The notes beneath the pieces are model-generated. The model saw only the letters and a list, made by a program, of their open reading frames with translations. It did not search any database and was not told where the DNA came from. Made by a program: the position numbers and the translations under genes. From a virus: 64,000 nucleotides of DNA. The DNA lies in the IMG/VR virus record IMGVR_UViG_3300019776_000564, positions 44,019 to 108,018 of that record, one strand, 5' to 3'. The stretch's first letter is position 1, and each line of letters opens with the position of its first letter. Shown here piece after piece: positions 46,085-55,219 of the stretch.

Positions 46085-47314
46085 GTGAGCAACGACAAAA
46101 TCAAGTGCCAGATCTGCGGCGAAGAAGTACACAGCATCGCTAACCACCTCAAGACTGCGCACGGTGAAGACTCCGAAACCCCGATGGATCTGGAAGCGTA
46201 CCGTGCAGCATACCCTGGCGCTGATCTGCTCTCTGAAACCGCCAAGAAGAAAATGGCTGAAATGAAAGCCAAGCGTGAAGCTGAAGAAGCGAAAACCGCC
46301 TCTGCTGCTCCAGCGCCAGGTTCCAAACCTGCTCAATCGGGCGACCCGGATGTAGAGCAAGTGTTCTTCCACGAAGCCTTCCGCTTCCCGAAAAGCACGA
46401 AGTCTGCTCTGACCAAATCGGGCAACGGCATTCCTTGCACTGCTGACGCTCGTAAGGGTGGCGATGACGAGCACATGGTTCCAGCGTGGTCTGACAACTA
46501 CATCCTTAACCCCGATCTGACCAAGACCGTCATGATGGCAATGGAACTTCGCACGCCGATCTTCCTGTATGGTCACTCCGGCGTTGGTAAGTCTTCGATC
46601 TTCAAGCAAATGTGCGCTGGCTTGAACCGTCGTCTGTTCCGCTTTCAGCACACTGTCGATACCGAAGAGTCGCACATCGTTGGTCAGTGGGTCGTCAAGC
46701 CTCACATCAACCCTGATGGCTCCGCTGTATCGGTTACTGAGTTTGAACTCGGCCCGCTGCCTACTGCGATGCTGAAAGGCTGGACTTACCTCGCTGACGA
46801 AATCGACCGTTCGTCTCCGACCGTTCTGTCTGCGTATCAAGCGATCCTCGAAGGCGAGCCGCTGATCATCAAAAACGCCCCAGCGCATTTGCGAGTGATC
46901 CGCCCTCACCGTCTGTTTGCGTTCGCTGCAACTGGTAACACGAACGGTACTGGCGACCAATCCGGTCTGTACCAAGCAACTCTGACTCAAGACGCCGCAA
47001 CCATCGAGCGTTTTGGTGTAGTCGCTATGGTTGACTACCCACCAGAGAAGCAAGAGATTGCGATGATCGCCGCTGCTACTGGTCTGAACGAAGCGGACGC
47101 GAAGAAAATTCGCCAGTTCGCAGACGAGATCCGTAACAAGTCGTTCCCGAACATCGTGTCGCTGACCATCGGCCCTCGCGTTGCCATCAACATCGCTCGA
47201 ATCGGCATGATGAAAGCGGACTTCGTAGAAGGCGCAATGTACGCCTACTGCAACCGTCTGCCAGAAGCAGAGAAAGAAGCAGCGTTGGGTGTTGCGAAAC
47301 GTATCCTGAGCTGA
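46085..47314 (+). CDS. cobS: CobS-like MoxR-family AAA+ ATPase with N-terminal C2H2 finger
   Basis: CQIC...HLKTAH; GHSGVGKS; LADEIDR; ATGNT; ERF; GTG start at 46085 after GAGAGGA. Confidence 0.88.
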   Translation: MSNDKIKCQICGEEVHSIANHLKTAHGEDSETPMDLEAYRAAYPGADLLSETAKKKMAEMKAKREAEEAKTASAAPAPGSKPAQSGDPDVEQVFFHEAFRFPKSTKSALTKSGNGIPCTADARKGGDDEHMVPAWSDNYILNPDLTKTVMMAMELRTPIFLYGHSGVGKSSIFKQMCAGLNRRLFRFQHTVDTEESHIVGQWVVKPHINPDGSAVSVTEFELGPLPTAMLKGWTYLADEIDRSSPTVLSAYQAILEGEPLIIKNAPAHLRVIRPHRLFAFAATGNTNGTGDQSGLYQATLTQDAATIERFGVVAMVDYPPEKQEIAMIAAATGLNEADAKKIRQFADEIRNKSFPNIVSLTIGPRVAINIARIGMMKADFVEGAMYAYCNRLPEAEKEAALGVAKRILS

Positions 47315-47345
47315 GAGCATGACCTACGCGCTTAGCGCATAGTTG

Positions 47346-47373
47346 AAAAGCAGGTCTTCGGACCTGCTTTTTT
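47346..47373 (+). terminator. intrinsic terminator
   Basis: AAAAGCAGGTC-TTCG-GACCTGCTTTTTT. Confidence 0.88.
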
Positions 47374-47395
47374 GTTTCTGCTAATAGGAGTTGGT

Positions 47396-47941
47396 ATGAG
47401 CTACGACAAACCCGGATGTTTTGGGAATGCCATCACTTACAGCAATAGATCGTTGGTATGCGGAGAGTGCGAAGAAAGCCAGTCATGCGCTCTGGCTGCT
47501 CGTCAGAGGATCGAAGAGCTTCGATCCATGATAAGTGTAGAGCCGATCCTTAGAATGTCCCACAAGCAGCCACAGAAGCTTGAGAAGCATCCTGAGGTGT
47601 ATGAAGACTTACCCGCCGCAGCCCAGAAAATAATTGCTACGCTTCCTATTGAAGCGCAGAACTTAGCTGCTCAACTGGTTAGGATGAAAGTCAATTTCAG
47701 GAAGCAGCTACTGTCAGGTGTTAACCCGATAAGGCATCAGAAGCCGCTCGCTGTATCAGTCCTTTTTGATCTTCTTCTATCTGGTCAGGTTGACAGGTTG
47801 ACATACCTAAACTCCCTGAAGGAGAGACTGGGTTACACAGATACGGTATCGGCAACTCAAGCATCGATCAGCATAAAGGCTTTAACAGGATTGGGTATCG
47901 TGAAAGTCGAGGATGAAAAACTTGTTATCAGAGGCTTATAA
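47396..47941 (+). CDS. hypothetical protein, Cys4 motif plus putative winged helix
   Basis: PGCFG...CGEC....C; C-terminal helix-wing pattern. Confidence 0.6.
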   Translation: MSYDKPGCFGNAITYSNRSLVCGECEESQSCALAARQRIEELRSMISVEPILRMSHKQPQKLEKHPEVYEDLPAAAQKIIATLPIEAQNLAAQLVRMKVNFRKQLLSGVNPIRHQKPLAVSVLFDLLLSGQVDRLTYLNSLKERLGYTDTVSATQASISIKALTGLGIVKVEDEKLVIRGL

Positions 47942-50900
47942 ATGAAGAACCTATTGGGTGCAAAAACCCACTTCTCGCTTGGCGAATCAATCTACGACCC
48001 GGAAGCTCTAGTCAAAAAGGCAGAGCTTGCCGGGTATGAAGGCATTGTGGCGACGGATGTCGATTCAATCGACTCGATGCCTACTCTGTCCGGCAAGTCA
48101 AAAGGCTTGAAAGTGGGTCTTGGTGTACAGATCGCTGTAGTAGAAGACCTAAAATGGGAAGCTGCAAAGCGCGGTGAACCAAAACGAAAGCCCAACCCGG
48201 TTTTCGTTACGACCTTGTTCGTCAGAAACGAAGAAGGCTTTAAGGACATCTGCGAGCTTTTGACCCTCGCACAGTCAGAGTCCAACTACTGCTCCAAGCC
48301 TGCTCGTATGCAAATCGATATGCCGCAGCTTATCGATTTCGTATCTCGGGGCAACCTGACTATGACTCTGGGAAGCTCTTACAGCGCGCTACAGCTTAGA
48401 AAGCGCGAAGAGATCATAGACGCACTGTGCGATCATTTGGACGTCTCACAAGTCGTCTCAGAAGTCGTACCAGTTAACTCTATGTTCTATGACGCGCATA
48501 ATGCGCAGATGCTGAAGCTGAAGCTGGATCGGGGCATCGAAGGCATCATTACTCGCCCAACTCTCTATCAAAAAGGGGAGGCGAAGTTCCGAAACACAAT
48601 GAACTCCATTCTCTCCCACGACCGCGTTGATAGCGTGTTCAGACGAGAGCCTGCTGAGGATCTTCATGTTCTTGAATGCGCCGAGTTGGACTCTGAAGTA
48701 GAGCGCCTTTACGATCGTCTGGTTGCAGCCGGGTCAGATCCATTCAAGACTCAAGGCTTCTTGGAGAAAGCGTGTGAGAAGACGGAGAAGTATTTCACTG
48801 ACCATCCTTATCAGTGGAAGAAGATGGCTCCTTCTCTTCCCGTAATGTCGTCTAACCCGCGACTGGACATCATTGCGCTGTGCAAGAAAGGTTGGCGTGA
48901 GCGTCTCGGCAAAGAAGTATTTGGGTACAAGCCAGATGCTTCGATTCTTCCTGTCTATCAGGAGAGGCTTAAATACGAGCTTAGCGTTCTAAACAAGATG
49001 GGCTTTGAACCGTACTTTCAACTGGTTCACTTTATTGTGGATTGGTCTAAGAAGAACAAGATCATGGTTGGCCCGGGTCGTGGATCTGTTGGCGGTTCGT
49101 TGATCGCTTTTCTTATGGGTATCACCGACGTAGACCCGGTGAGATTCAACCTCATCTTTGAGCGATTCATTAACCCTGAGCGTATCGACTTGCCAGATAT
49201 CGACCTCGACTTTATGTCGAGCCGCCGTCAGGACATTGTTGATCACTTGGTTAGCGCCTTCAGTGAAGACTGCGTTGTCCAAATCGCCAACTACAACACC
49301 ATCGCTGGTGCCGGCGCTATTCAAGCGGTGAGCAAAGCCTATGGCCTTCATGAGAGCCAGTACGAGTGCTCCAAGCTCGTACCTAAGGAGTCTGGTGTTC
49401 CAGTTCCTCTTGAGAAGGCCGTTGCGTATGTACCCGAGCTTGAGAAGCTTGCTCTTAACCATCCTGAGGTTTGGGCAGCATCTGTAGGTCTTCAGGGCAC
49501 GTTCAAGAACTTCGCGAAGCACGCGGCAGGTGTAGTGGTTGCTGGTTGCGACATCGTTGAACGTGGCGTTGTTAACCGACGTAGCGGTGTTGGTATCGTT
49601 AACTGGGACAAGCGTGTCGTCGAAGACTTTGGTCTGATCAAGCTCGACGTACTCGGCCTGAGTAACTTGGACATTCTCAGATTGTGTCAAGATTACATTC
49701 GCGAGAGCGCCGGCATTGAGGTCGATTTCACATCGCTACCTCTTGATGACAAGAGGGTCTTGCAGTCATTCGCTGAGGGTAAAACCTACGGTGTATTCCA
49801 GTTTGAATCCGGCGGTATGCGTAAGCTACTAAAGGATCTTGGTTCTGGCGGCAACCTGACGTTCGATGACTGCGTTGCAGCAACAGCTTTGTTCCGACCC
49901 GGCCCTATCCAAGCTGGTCTGATGGATATGTATGTCGCGATCAAGAAGGAGTTTCAAGAACCCGAGTACCTTCACCCGAACATGAAAGCCGCTCTTGAGC
50001 CAACGATGTCAGTAATGGTCTATCAGGAGCAGGTAATGCAGATCTCGCGTGACCTTGCTGGGTATACATTCCCTGAGGCAGACGGTCTTCGTAAGATCAT
50101 GGGCAAGAAAGACCCTGTGAAAATGGCCGAGCAGCGAGACAAGTTCGTTGATGGCTGTATTGCAACGTCAGGTCTTGATCATGGTACGGCGACGTTCATC
50201 TTTGAGCAGATCGAAAAGTTCGCTGGTTACGGCTTCAACAAGTCCCATTCTGTGGCGTATACCCTGATCTCGTATATGACCATGTGGGTCAAGGTCTACT
50301 ATCCAGAAGCGTTCTATGCAGCCTGCTTGTCGATCTTGGACGAACAGAAACTCGCCGGTCTCGCCAAAGATGCTCAGGCTAACGATATCTACATCGTACC
50401 TCCTGATATCAACCACAGTTCCGGTCGATATGAAGTTGGCTTTGATGCTTCAAGAGGTCAAAAGATTCTGTATGCCCCATTCCAGTCAATCAAAGGCATG
50501 AGCGACAAGTCGGCATCCGCAATCGTAGAGGCTCGTAAGAAGCTAGGTAGGCCGTTCAAGAACAAAGCTGAGCTTATCCTTGAGGTAGACCGTCGCGCCT
50601 GTAATAAGCGTCACCAAGAGCTTCTGGATAAGGTTGGAGCGTTCAGTCTGATCGAACCCGGTCAGCTTCCTTCGAGACACCCGGATCGTCTTCGCGACCA
50701 AAAGGAACTGTTACCGGGTATCGTCGTTAGCAACGTAAAAGCCGAACGAGTGATCGAAATCACTGGCGCGGTAAGCGCTGAGCTTATTCAGATCGTTGAG
50801 GACTACCAGTCCAACAAGGGCTGTGACGGCTGTCCGTTTATTGGTCGAGCGCACCCACAGCCTGTCTTGGGTAAGAAACCTAAGGTGATGATCGTGTTGG

Positions 50901-51334
50901 ACGGCCCTTCCTACAAAGAGGAAGAGAAGGGTCAGATGATGGTCGGCGACACTGGCAATTTCATCAAGACGGCTTTGCAGAAAGCTGGACTCAAAATGTC
51001 CGATGTCTACGTGACCAGTTACATCAAGGCTAGAAAGCTCAAAGAGGAAGAGATTGAGAACACCACTGCCAACGGTTGTGGCAAGTTCTTGCAGCGGGAA
51101 ATTGAACTGCTGAAACCTCCGGTCATTGTAGCTTTGGGCAGCAAGTCTGTAAGACAGCTTGTGCCGGATATCAAAGGAGGCTGGGAAGAGAACTGCGGCA
51201 AGTCTTTCTTCGATCCTAAAACAGACTGCACCGTAGTTTCTGGCTTCAATCCGGCAATGATCTGCTTCGACGGAGCCAAGCAGTCACTTCTTGACGCGGT
51301 ATTCAAGCAAGTAGCCGACATATTCGACTTATAA
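47942..51334 (+). CDS. dnaE: DNA polymerase III alpha subunit (family C) with C-terminal UDG-like domain
   Basis: PHP-like N-terminus, GPGRGS, PDIDLDF, KHAAG, KLDVLGL, GYGFNKSH; family-4 UDG-like tail. Confidence 0.93.
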   Translation: MKNLLGAKTHFSLGESIYDPEALVKKAELAGYEGIVATDVDSIDSMPTLSGKSKGLKVGLGVQIAVVEDLKWEAAKRGEPKRKPNPVFVTTLFVRNEEGFKDICELLTLAQSESNYCSKPARMQIDMPQLIDFVSRGNLTMTLGSSYSALQLRKREEIIDALCDHLDVSQVVSEVVPVNSMFYDAHNAQMLKLKLDRGIEGIITRPTLYQKGEAKFRNTMNSILSHDRVDSVFRREPAEDLHVLECAELDSEVERLYDRLVAAGSDPFKTQGFLEKACEKTEKYFTDHPYQWKKMAPSLPVMSSNPRLDIIALCKKGWRERLGKEVFGYKPDASILPVYQERLKYELSVLNKMGFEPYFQLVHFIVDWSKKNKIMVGPGRGSVGGSLIAFLMGITDVDPVRFNLIFERFINPERIDLPDIDLDFMSSRRQDIVDHLVSAFSEDCVVQIANYNTIAGAGAIQAVSKAYGLHESQYECSKLVPKESGVPVPLEKAVAYVPELEKLALNHPEVWAASVGLQGTFKNFAKHAAGVVVAGCDIVERGVVNRRSGVGIVNWDKRVVEDFGLIKLDVLGLSNLDILRLCQDYIRESAGIEVDFTSLPLDDKRVLQSFAEGKTYGVFQFESGGMRKLLKDLGSGGNLTFDDCVAATALFRPGPIQAGLMDMYVAIKKEFQEPEYLHPNMKAALEPTMSVMVYQEQVMQISRDLAGYTFPEADGLRKIMGKKDPVKMAEQRDKFVDGCIATSGLDHGTATFIFEQIEKFAGYGFNKSHSVAYTLISYMTMWVKVYYPEAFYAACLSILDEQKLAGLAKDAQANDIYIVPPDINHSSGRYEVGFDASRGQKILYAPFQSIKGMSDKSASAIVEARKKLGRPFKNKAELILEVDRRACNKRHQELLDKVGAFSLIEPGQLPSRHPDRLRDQKELLPGIVVSNVKAERVIEITGAVSAELIQIVEDYQSNKGCDGCPFIGRAHPQPVLGKKPKVMIVLDGPSYKEEEKGQMMVGDTGNFIKTALQKAGLKMSDVYVTSYIKARKLKEEEIENTTANGCGKFLQREIELLKPPVIVALGSKSVRQLVPDIKGGWEENCGKSFFDPKTDCTVVSGFNPAMICFDGAKQSLLDAVFKQVADIFDL

Positions 51335-51402
51335 CCCGTGTAAACCCTGAGAAAGAGCGCTTAAATAGCGCTCGACTCACTCACATAAACAGCGAGATCC
51401 CC

Positions 51403-52572
51403 ATGCCCACAGAAGTAAACGATATTGACGAATTGGAAAGCCTTCTCTCTGGCTTGAGTCCCGATGAACTCGGCCAGTTGGATGAACTGGACGGTCTTGA
51501 TGACCTAAGCGGTCTGGAGGAGCTTGACGCGCCCCCTGCCGAACCAGTCGCAGCAAAGCCAACTCGCAAGCGTCGTCTCAAGCCTCTCAAAGAAGAACCC
51601 GAAGAGCCTGAACTGTCGGCTCTGAACGTTGACACCGCTACGGGCAAAGTCACCAGTGACGACCCGGAAGTAAACGGTGACGACGATCTCGCAGCTTTGG
51701 CTGATCTCGACGAGAAACCTGAAAGCAAGCCGGTGAGCGATCCGAACCTGCTCGCTGAGCAGGTAATCGAACTGATGGTAAAAATTCCAGAAGAGTTCGG
51801 CTGCTCGACGGAAGAAGACTACATGGAAGTCTTCGGCTCAGTGCTTTCTGATATCGACGCAAGTTCGACTATCGAAGGCATCGAAAAGAACATGCGCGCA
51901 GCATTCGAGGCGAAATTCGGCAAAGCAGTTGATCCTGCTGAAGTCGAAGTCGAGAAGGTTGCTGAGAGCACCGAAGAGGTCGAGAGCAAGGCTCTGGGTG
52001 ATCAGGAACAAGAACTCGATGAACTCCTGGCCGGCGTTGAAGCTGCACCGACTCCAAAACCTGTAGTGACTGCACCAGTTAAACCCGTTGCAGTAACCCC
52101 TACAAAGAAAGTTGGTCAACTCAACACGTTCATCGACGCCGACCAGCTTCAGCGCGACCTGCATTTCACTGAAGCTACCATCAATGACGGCATGACTCGT
52201 CAAGCGGCTCTGTTCGCTCACTACGCTCGCCTGTCGGCCGACGCCACTTTCCAGGCTGATCGGGCAAAACAACAGGTTGAGTTGTTGGAAGCAACGTTGA
52301 ACCAACGTTTCCGTGACTCGCTCGTAGCGTCCGGCACCAAGTTCACTGAAAAGTCCATCGATGCGATGGTTATTCAGGACAGCAGCTATCAGGCCGCTCA
52401 AGAGCGTGCCCATGAAGCGAAAGCCATCGCTTCTATGGTTGCATCTGCGGCGGACAGTTTCCGTCACCGCAAAGATATGTTGATCCAAGTGGGCGCAGAC
52501 CTGCGACTGGAAAAACAGGGTGAACTTCGCATGAAGGAGCACCCGGGCCAGCGTGCTGTTGAAAATATGTAA
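51403..52572 (+). CDS. UvsY-like recombination mediator with long acidic N-terminal extension
   Basis: C-terminal helical domain (KFTEKSIDAMV...FRHRKDML) near SSB/RecA. Confidence 0.55.
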   Translation: MPTEVNDIDELESLLSGLSPDELGQLDELDGLDDLSGLEELDAPPAEPVAAKPTRKRRLKPLKEEPEEPELSALNVDTATGKVTSDDPEVNGDDDLAALADLDEKPESKPVSDPNLLAEQVIELMVKIPEEFGCSTEEDYMEVFGSVLSDIDASSTIEGIEKNMRAAFEAKFGKAVDPAEVEVEKVAESTEEVESKALGDQEQELDELLAGVEAAPTPKPVVTAPVKPVAVTPTKKVGQLNTFIDADQLQRDLHFTEATINDGMTRQAALFAHYARLSADATFQADRAKQQVELLEATLNQRFRDSLVASGTKFTEKSIDAMVIQDSSYQAAQERAHEAKAIASMVASAADSFRHRKDMLIQVGADLRLEKQGELRMKEHPGQRAVENM

Positions 52573-52588
52573 AGACGATTCAAAACCT

Positions 52589-52622
52589 GCCAAGCTCGAT
52601 TAACAACCGAGCTTGGCTTTTT
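52589..52622 (+). terminator. intrinsic terminator
   Basis: GCCAAGCTCG...CGAGCTTGGCTTTTT. Confidence 0.75.
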
Positions 52623-52645
52623 CGTTAGCAAATCAGGAGTTTCAA

Positions 52646-53197
52646 ATGGATCTGATTACCGTTGGTTGTGTGGGAACTGTTGCTATTGCCGCAGCAGCAA
52701 CCGTCATTTACGTTGAACGTAAGGTGCGCAGCACGGTCAAGCCGCCCGCCAAAGCGGAACCTGTTAAAGCAGAGCCTGTTAAAGCAGAGCCTGCGGTCAA
52801 CAGTGAAGCCAAGCAAAGCTTTAACCGGCAAACGAGTTCGCCAGTAAGCAAGCAAAACCCCGTTCCCAAAAGCGGCGAGTCGACTCAAAGGCAGCGCATG
52901 GACGAGTTACGGCGCGAGCGTGAACGCGATGAGGAAGACCGTCGTCGCCGTGATGATGACTACTACGAGCAGCAACGGCGCCGTATGAATGACGAGGTTA
53001 CTCGCCAGCAAATGGTAGATACCTCACCGTCCCCGGCTTCTCACTCTACTCATCATCACTCTCACAACCGTCATGACGACAGTCCTTGCAATAGCTCTCG
53101 TCATGACGGCAGCAGTTCGTGGGGCGGTAGCTCGTCTGATTCGGGTAGCCCTTCTTGCAGTTCCGATTATGGTAGCAGCAACTACTCAAGCGACTGA
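52646..53197 (+). CDS. membrane-anchored low-complexity protein
   Basis: N-terminal TM, KAEPV repeats, R/D/E block, His/Ser-rich tail; AGGAG RBS before ATG 52646. Confidence 0.7.
   Translation: MDLITVGCVGTVAIAAAATVIYVERKVRSTVKPPAKAEPVKAEPVKAEPAVNSEAKQSFNRQTSSPVSKQNPVPKSGESTQRQRMDELRRERERDEEDRRRRDDDYYEQQRRRMNDEVTRQQMVDTSPSPASHSTHHHSHNRHDDSPCNSSRHDGSSSWGGSSSDSGSPSCSSDYGSSNYSSD
52751..52795 (+). repeat. 15-bp coding tandem repeat x3
   Basis: AAAGCGGAACCTGTT / AAAGCAGAGCCTGTT / AAAGCAGAGCCTGCG. Confidence 0.85.
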
Positions 53198-53354
53198 TAC
53201 AGCCTTAGCAGTACCTGTAGCGCAGTTCAAAGCAAGTAAGTAGAATCATCACATCAGACAGAGCAAGTGAAATGGAAACGGAGTAGCTTGCTCGACTTGA
53301 TAACTTTCGACAGTTCGCAATTTCGACATATCAACATATAAAGAGGTAACACTG

Positions 53355-54185
53355 ATGGCCGCTCCTTCGATTCAAGACCTGATTGCTGGCAAACAGAAAG
53401 AAATGGCCGCGAAGAAATCGCGCCAAAATACTCTGAAGCCTCAGCCAGGTAAGCATACTTACCGTGTTCTGCCTTCGTGGCGTGGCGGTGAAGAGAAGCA
53501 GTTCTGGCATGACTTTGCCATGCACTTCATCAAAACCCCTGAGAGCGCTGGTAAGCCCGCTGCTGTATACATTTGCAGCGACAAGACCTTCGGTAAGCCT
53601 TGCGAGATCTGCGAAGCTGCGAAGAAGCTGATGGCCGTGTCCACCAGCGACGACACAACCAAGCAGTTGAAAGAAGCCCTCTCCGCTCAGCGCTACCTGC
53701 TGAACGTTCTGCATATCACTGGCACCGAGCCAGAGAAAGTGCAGATCATGGAAGTTGGTCAAGGCGTGTTTGAACAGGTCTGCGGTCTGATCGGCGAGTA
53801 CGGTGATATCACCGACCTCAACGAAGGTACTGATCTGATCATCACTCGGACTGGTTCTGGTCTCGAAACCAAGTACACTGTCATGCCAGCTGCGAAGTCG
53901 AAGCCTGTCAGCAAAGCTGCCGTCGCAAACCTGCCAAACCTCGACGAGTTCGTAGCTCAAGAGAACCCAGCCGGTGAAACGAAAGCACTGACCGCTGTAG
54001 GCGCAATCGTTGGCCTGCTGCCAAGCGACACTGCTGCTCCAAAACGTGGCGGTCATCCAGCTTTGGCTGATCTGTCCTCGGACGATGCAGAGTTTGAAAC
54101 GGTTGGGGCCAGCGCCAAAGTCTCTGCGGTTGATGGAGACGACCTCGAAGGTCTGGACGAGCTTGACGACCTGCTTGAAGGCTAA
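53355..54185 (+). CDS. single-stranded DNA-binding protein (T4 gp32-like)
   Basis: R.LP, H...C....CEIC Zn ligands, RYLLNV, G.GL.TKY, acidic tail LDELDDLL. Confidence 0.8.
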   Translation: MAAPSIQDLIAGKQKEMAAKKSRQNTLKPQPGKHTYRVLPSWRGGEEKQFWHDFAMHFIKTPESAGKPAAVYICSDKTFGKPCEICEAAKKLMAVSTSDDTTKQLKEALSAQRYLLNVLHITGTEPEKVQIMEVGQGVFEQVCGLIGEYGDITDLNEGTDLIITRTGSGLETKYTVMPAAKSKPVSKAAVANLPNLDEFVAQENPAGETKALTAVGAIVGLLPSDTAAPKRGGHPALADLSSDDAEFETVGASAKVSAVDGDDLEGLDELDDLLEG

Positions 54186-54203
54186 GTAGTAGTCAACTCT
54201 CCA

Positions 54204-54229
54204 ACAAAGGGCACTTAGGTGCCCTTTGT
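54204..54229 (+). terminator. intrinsic terminator-like hairpin
   Basis: ACAAAGGGCAC-TTAG-GTGCCCTTTGT. Confidence 0.7.
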
Positions 54230-54247
54230 CACCTAAGAGGATTTCCC

Positions 54248-55210
54248 ATGTCAGCTAAAAAATCCTACGACCTTATTCTTATCGACGCCAACTCTCTTGG
54301 TCACGCCGCTCATAACGCTCGCGTTCTGAAGCATCGTACTGGTGAGATTCAAGCTGTGTTCTTTGGCTTGAAGATGATAAAGAAGGCCGTCGAACAGTTC
54401 GGCACTCCCGGTCGCACAGAAGTTAAAGTCTTGTGGGATAGCAAAGCGCAATGGCGCTACGACTTATTCCCGGACTACAAGAGCAAGCGCGACAACACCC
54501 CGGAGAAGGCAGCGTCACGTCGCGAATATAAGCGGCAAGTACCTATCCTTCGTCAGGCAATTTCTATGCTCGGCCTTGAGCAGACCTTCGCAGAAGGCGA
54601 AGAAGCTGATGATCTTGGCTCAGCACTTGTTCACAACCGCACACCGAACGCCAAGATTCTTGTAGTTTCAGGTGATCATGACTGGCTTCAGTTGGTTTGT
54701 GAGGACGTAGATTGGTACGACCCTCGCGTAGAAGGTCTGTTTGTAGACCTGTCCAGCTTTGAAGAAGTCACCGGCTTCAAAAACGTCGTTGAATTTGCCC
54801 AAGCTAAAGCGCTGATAGGCGACAGCAGCGACACAATCCCGGGCGTAGAAGGTATTGGCGAGAAAGCAGTACCGCTGATCTTCAAGAACTTCGGCAGCAT
54901 AGCGAAAATGTACGCATGGGCAGACGCTCTGCCCGCCAAAAAGATCGATAAGGCAGATCTGCCGGCCGAGTTGTCTTTCTGGCGCAAGAAGATCGAGAAC
55001 TTCCTCTTTGGTGGGGGTCGCGAAATCTTCAAGCGGAACATGCAGATGATGAGCCTGTTATCCAAGCGTCATCGCAGCAACGATATCCTGTCTAAGCAGG
55101 TTATCTTGAAGTCGAAGTGGGATGAAAACGCCTTTATCGACCTCTGTAACGAATACGCCTTTATGAGCATCATTGGCGATATGAAAAACTGGCGCAAAAC
55201 CTTCGCATAA
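54248..55210 (+). CDS. 5'-3' exonuclease / flap endonuclease
   Basis: LIDANS, YKSKR, EADD, SGDHDWLQL, GDSSDTIPGVEGIGEK. Confidence 0.92.
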   Translation: MSAKKSYDLILIDANSLGHAAHNARVLKHRTGEIQAVFFGLKMIKKAVEQFGTPGRTEVKVLWDSKAQWRYDLFPDYKSKRDNTPEKAASRREYKRQVPILRQAISMLGLEQTFAEGEEADDLGSALVHNRTPNAKILVVSGDHDWLQLVCEDVDWYDPRVEGLFVDLSSFEEVTGFKNVVEFAQAKALIGDSSDTIPGVEGIGEKAVPLIFKNFGSIAKMYAWADALPAKKIDKADLPAELSFWRKKIENFLFGGGREIFKRNMQMMSLLSKRHRSNDILSKQVILKSKWDENAFIDLCNEYAFMSIIGDMKNWRKTFA

Positions 55211-55219
55211 GGATTCAAA

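Noticed and set aside
43911-47314. Cobalamin biosynthesis auxiliary metabolic genes
   Set aside because: No cobN or other pathway genes; better read as a generic MoxR AAA+/vWA pair.
46079-47320. 413-aa minus-strand ORF
   Set aside because: Antisense shadow of the CobS-like gene; explained by strong codon bias; no motifs.
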